Assembly (NCBI GenBank): GCA_001949185.1
Contig: BDGG01000018.1
Span: 310,001-374,000, forward strand
DNA from: Ramazzottius varieornatus
Lineage: Eukaryota; Animalia; Tardigrada
DNA length: 64,000 bases
Direction: 5' to 3'
The position numbers were made by a program, and so were the translations under genes. The stretch's first letter is position 1. The number at the start of each line of letters is the position of its first letter. Of the stretch, positions 59,840 to 64,000 are shown piece by piece. Under the pieces are notes generated by a model. The model worked only from the letters and a program-made list of their open reading frames with translations. It ran no database searches and had not been told where the DNA came from.

Positions 59840-61784
59840 ATGGATGTTGCTCTTGGACGATCTCGAATGGCTTCGGTCCTCCGAAGTGGCTTTGTGCGCC
59901 TTCTTTTGGCGGAATTTCTCGGAACATTTGTATTTGTGGTACGTAATCGATCCTGAAGAGGAACAAGGCTAATGCTTCAGTCAGAATAATGGGTTTATTT
60001 TTTACAGTCAGTGACGGTGGGAGCATTGGCCCAGGTTATCCTCAGCGAAACTAGCCGGTTAACCAACGATGCTCTGCTGTCGGAAAGCTTCGACCCTCGG
60101 ATGGTTGTTTTCCTTGCGGAAGGATTAGCCTTTTGTTTGGGTCTCTATGTGGCCCGTGGCGTATCCGGAGGACATTTGAATCCTGTAATCTCATTGGCGT
60201 TGGCTGTTCGTGGAACCCTGAGATGGAGTCACATGCTTGCTGCTTGGACGGGACAATACCTGGGAGCTTTCCTTGGCATGACCGCTGTTTATTCAATATA
60301 CCACAGTAAACAATCTTTTCATTCAGTGAACGTGCTGATTGATCAAACTTACTCAAATCCGCATGTATTTTTTAGATGCAGCTGATGATTTTATAAGCCA
60401 AGACATTAATCGGAGGGAAGGAGTTGCCAGTATCTTCGCTTCACATCCTCAAGAGAACTCTCACTGGTTTTTGCTCTTCATCAATGTTGTAAGCTCACTT
60501 GAAAAAATTTTAAGTGAAGCACGCATGGGAGGTCGACAAAAGAATTGTAGGAGCTCTGTGGTTCTAGTGGCGCACCTTCTCATTGCTGTTGGGGTGGGAG
60601 TGTGCGCCACTTGGGACGAAAAGCTCACCACTTTCGTTTGCCTCCGATACACCCCAAGTAACAACGGGAATCGAAGGTGAGGTGAATTCGCGGGGCGGCA
60701 CCCTAACGGGTACTGTTGCCACTGAGGGAGGCTAGAAGGGAAGAAAACGGGAACGTGGATGACGGCAGCGCGTATCCCAAATTCCCAACCATTGAATTAC
60801 TCCCTGTGACTCAGAATGCAACGCTATGGCCTTATCTCCTTCTTTTGTGACCTACCTTCGCTTCTCCTCAGTCACATTCCATTCACAAGCTTATCTCCAC
60901 TAATGTTGTACTTTGCCCTTCACCGGGCAGAGTTCAGCAGAGGGGTTCAAACACAAACTTACGAACAAAACCAGCTCCGCAACGACAGCTCGTGCCCAAA
61001 AAGTCCATGTTAGACCACCTGAAGTGGTTCGATACGGGACAACATGGGGTATCAAGTCGCATGCAAGGTTGTATTAGTAAGCTCTGCGAGCATTACGTAA
61101 TAGCCTCACACTGTGTCGGCGGCAACGATACAGTGTGAGACTATTAACGAATAGTTTTGTTGTGTTTAGCTGCTGAATTCGACGTTATTTTCCTTGCTGT
61201 ACTTCGGACTGAACGACAAGCGGAGTGATGCAAGGAGAGCCGATCACTTCCCTGTTGCGCTGGGACTGGCTATAACCGCTATAGGCCTCTCGACAGGCTT
61301 CACCTGTGGAACGGCCATCAACCCAGCAAAGAGCTTCAGCGGCAGCCTTTTCAGCGCGGCAGCTCGCTGGGATTTTGATCTTGTACCGTAAGTCGCAATT
61401 CGAATCAAGGAAAAATCTAGCAAAACACGACACTTGAACGTTTCGTCTATCATTACGTGCACGTGCTCGTCACATTGCCGAAACCACAAGAAATTCAACC
61501 TGTTGTTGCTTTGTTAGTCTGTTCGCCACAAGAGATGACTCGGTTTTTTTGGTAGGGGCGTTACTTTATTGTGGTTCTGGATCCCCGTCGTCACTCCACA
61601 TTTGGGCGCGGTACTCGGACTCGTGATCTATCAGGCCATGATAGGGAACCACTGGCCACCCGCTCAGAAGCGACAGACGGAAAGAAGGACAAGTGGTGCG
61701 CTGGAAGGAAGAATACTGGTGCGGCAGAACCAAGTTCTTCAACAGTTCACCGAGACAACAGAGGATGTGAAAGTGCTGTCGTGA
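59840..61784 (+). CDS. Aquaglyceroporin-type MIP channel (AQP3/7/9/10-like) with atypical motifs
   Basis: Exons 59840-59938 (LAEFLGTF), 60008-60305 (GVSGGHLNPV, GQYLGAF), 60376-60488 (ASIFASHP), 61170-61387 (GFTCGTAINPAKSF) and 61556-61784 (WFWIPVVTPHLGAVLG..YQ.MIG.HWP). Confidence 0.9.
60564..60613. repeat. Palindromic element, copy 13
   Basis: CTAGTGGCGCAC-26nt-GTGCGCCACTTG, aquaporin intron 3. Confidence 0.85.
61098..61146. repeat. 21-bp-stem hairpin just upstream of an aquaporin splice acceptor
   Basis: TAATAGCCTCACACTGTGTCG-GCGGCAA-CGATACAGTGTGAGACTATTA. Confidence 0.65.
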
Positions 61785-61791
61785 ACAAAAG

Positions 61792-62097
61792 TATAGAAGG
61801 CTCGGCGGAGCTAAAATAAGCCGCTTTAGCTGTTCTTAGCCGTGGCTAAAAATATTTTGGCCGAGGCTGAAGCAGCTAAAATACTTTTAGCCACGGCTAA
61901 AATGTAGTGTGCGCTTGATTGATTTATTGATGTTGAGTCGGCTAAAATAGTTTTGGCATCAATAAATCATTCGAACGCACAATACATTCTAGCCGTGGCT
62001 AAAAGTATTTTAGCTGCTTCAGCCGCGGCCAAAATATTTTTAGCCACGGCTAAGAACGGCTAAAACGGCTTATTTTAGCTTCACAGAGCCTTCTATA
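61792..62097. mobile_element. 306-bp palindromic MITE between the convergent aquaporin and Rh genes
   Basis: TATAGAAGGCTC...GAGCCTTCTATA with ~145-bp inverted arms rich in GCTAAAA/TTTTAGC subrepeats. Flanks AACAAAAG / AACAAAAA are a possible 8-bp TSD; a TA TSD is the alternative. Confidence 0.85.
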
Positions 62098-62153
62098 AAC
62101 AAAAAAACTGTTTTATCATGAAGAAAGAAATTTCATGTTTAAATGTAACAGCG

Positions 62154-64000
62154 TTACAGCTGAACGCCGTTGTGGGTGAACTCGGTGGTGGTACTTTCGT
62201 AATGGCGGTTAGCTAAGGTAGCCTGGATGCGGGCATTCTGTTGTGCAATCATGTTGACAACGTAGTCTGTTGGCGGCTCCAGCTGCGGGATTACGGAGCG
62301 GCGTTTCGAACTTCTGCCGGTGTCAATGCTGATCTGACTTCGTAATGTCCCCTCTTGATCTTTGGAAAGCTTGCTAGGCACAACCCAGTAGGACTCGTCG
62401 TCAAAGACGTTGCTAATGTTTAGTCCATCCCAGATGGGAATTCTCAATAGCAACCCTGTCAAGCAACACCAGCCACTCATGAACCAGCGAGAATCTCTAC
62501 ACCGTATATTATCTGAGTGAGACCGCACCTGTCAGAACGCCACCTATCAGGCCGATACCAATGGTAGTGATCAAAGAAGCCAGCTGGTTGGCCGCCTGAC
62601 CAGTTGGAGTGCGCCCACTTCCGGGTAAAAGATCCGGATAAATTTGCTTAAGCGCGAAATAGTCTTGCGAAGTGTTGGACGGAGCAAAGTTTGGAAATAG
62701 CAAGAAGTAACTGCAAACGAAATTTGTAAGTAAAATGCTGAAGCTGTAAATGAAAGGTTTATTTTCACGAATTTCCCAATTATTCGAGAGACGACTTTTT
62801 CGTTTTTACACTTGAGTGGTCAACCGAGGGCATAAATACCTTCTTGCGGATAATTTAATGGGCTATCAAACGCAGGTAACAGGAGTTCCCTCCGGCAACC
62901 GGTTACAAAGTTATGGGAGCAGCTAAGGTTGTAAATTCCAGGCCGAATACCCTTGGAATGGAAAATAGGAAAGGAATTTTAATGTTCCTATATTCCTATT
63001 TCCTTCTCCAGAAGGTCCTCGCTAAAATCTTGAATTACAAAGTCCCATTTGCCAGTTTAGTTCTTTTTACATATCCATCTAAAACAGTAAACATGGTCTG
63101 AAGTCATCAACAAATTTGGTTTCGAGACTGAAAGCCAGGTGGAGATTGGCCGATCTGAACTTTCGGTCTTGTCGGACCTGAAAGTCCAAGGGAAATCAAG
63201 GACTTACGCACAGTTGAATGCGCCGCATACTTTAGTGCGACGGATCGAAAATGCTGTTGTTCGTTCAACTGAACGACCAATTAGCCTCAGTGGTACGCAT
63301 GTGTGAGCCAGCATCGGGTTCACTTTTTCGACAAGATCTGCTGGATCTTCGACTGTTCACCTCGTGGAATTCCTAAATTTTCTCCGATTTTTGCTAGTTT
63401 TCCAGATAGGAATTCCACCGTTCCAAACGGCTACCGCTTGGAACGGAACGGAAACCTAGGAATGGAACGGGATTTGGAAAAGAATGGAATTAGGAATTTA
63501 CAACCTTAGGAGCAGCCAGATCTGGATTCAGTATTCCAGTGCTTCTAAATTGCTCGGATGACGTCATCGTACGCAAAAAACATGCCTGAGAGAGTAGATG
63601 ACAGTTGCTACCTGCGCCAAGTAAAAAGTCTGCGTAAGATCGTCGACGTCATGCTTGAGGTTTAGAAGCCGTACAGAGGAGAGGGGGGCCGGCGAGACAG
63701 CTCATTCTAAATCCCACGGTGGTGATAAAATCTAGTTTTCCAAAACTAATTATGACATTTTCGTGTGGCCTGGTACACTCGATAGCCCTGATCTTCTCTA
63801 CGAGTTGATGTTAGAAACGTCCAGTTCGGAATATATGACCAAAAAATATCGTTGTAAAAAACAGGAGCCGAATCATCCTGTGGAAAAGTAGTAGAGTATC
63901 ATCCTCTGCCTACCTTGAGCCATAAACTTCCGGTGTAGCACAAGCAGCAACTATGGCACTGATAAATGTCCCAAAAAGAGCTGGCATAGCATGGAGGTTG
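62154..64000 (-). CDS. Rh-family ammonium/gas channel (Rh50/RHAG-RHCG-like), 3' exons only
   Basis: Exons 64000-63914 (NLHAMPALFGTFISAIVAACATPEVYG), 62710-62529 (GRTPTGQAANQLASLITTIGIGLIGGVLTG) and 62455-62154 (LLLRIPIW...FDDESYWVVP). Splice phases are consistent. Confidence 0.88.
62924..63508. mobile_element. 585-bp non-autonomous hAT-type element in an Rh intron
   Basis: Perfect 16-bp TIRs TAAGGTTGTAAATTCC, a perfect 8-bp TSD GGAGCAGC (62916-62923 and 63509-63516), and subterminal GGAA(T/C) repeats. Confidence 0.9.

Noticed and set aside
18577-60613. Repeat-spacer-repeat pattern as a CRISPR array
   Set aside because: The arms are inverted rather than direct, copies are dispersed kilobases apart, spacers share a loose consensus, the host is a eukaryote and there are no cas genes.

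Overview
Eukaryotic genomic DNA from a compact invertebrate genome (many GT-AG introns of about 60-90 nt). It is probably an ecdysozoan. A tardigrade-like lineage is plausible, given arthropod-type FGLamide allatostatin together with a nematode-type fused stonin, but this is inference only. Genes assembled by hand from the ORF track and splice sites, left to right: COG5 (-, runs off the left edge), a LIV-1/ZIP zinc transporter (+), a giant ~2,576-aa stonin with Stoned-A-like and Stoned-B-like parts in one ORF (+), a possibly damaged C2H2 zinc-finger repressor (-), a Myb/SANT-like coiled-coil gene (-), INTS6 (+), BCL11 (+), an allatostatin-A precursor (+), an aquaglyceroporin with a rewired selectivity filter (+), and an Rh-family ammonium transporter (-, runs off the right edge). 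Several MITE-like elements are present. The most striking unexplained signal is a dispersed non-coding palindrome, CAAGTGGCGCAC-N25-GTGCGCCACTTG, with 13 copies between 18.5 and 60.6 kb. Its 12-bp arms and spacer length are much better conserved than its spacer sequence or flanks. All exon coordinates are manual and unverified by transcript data.
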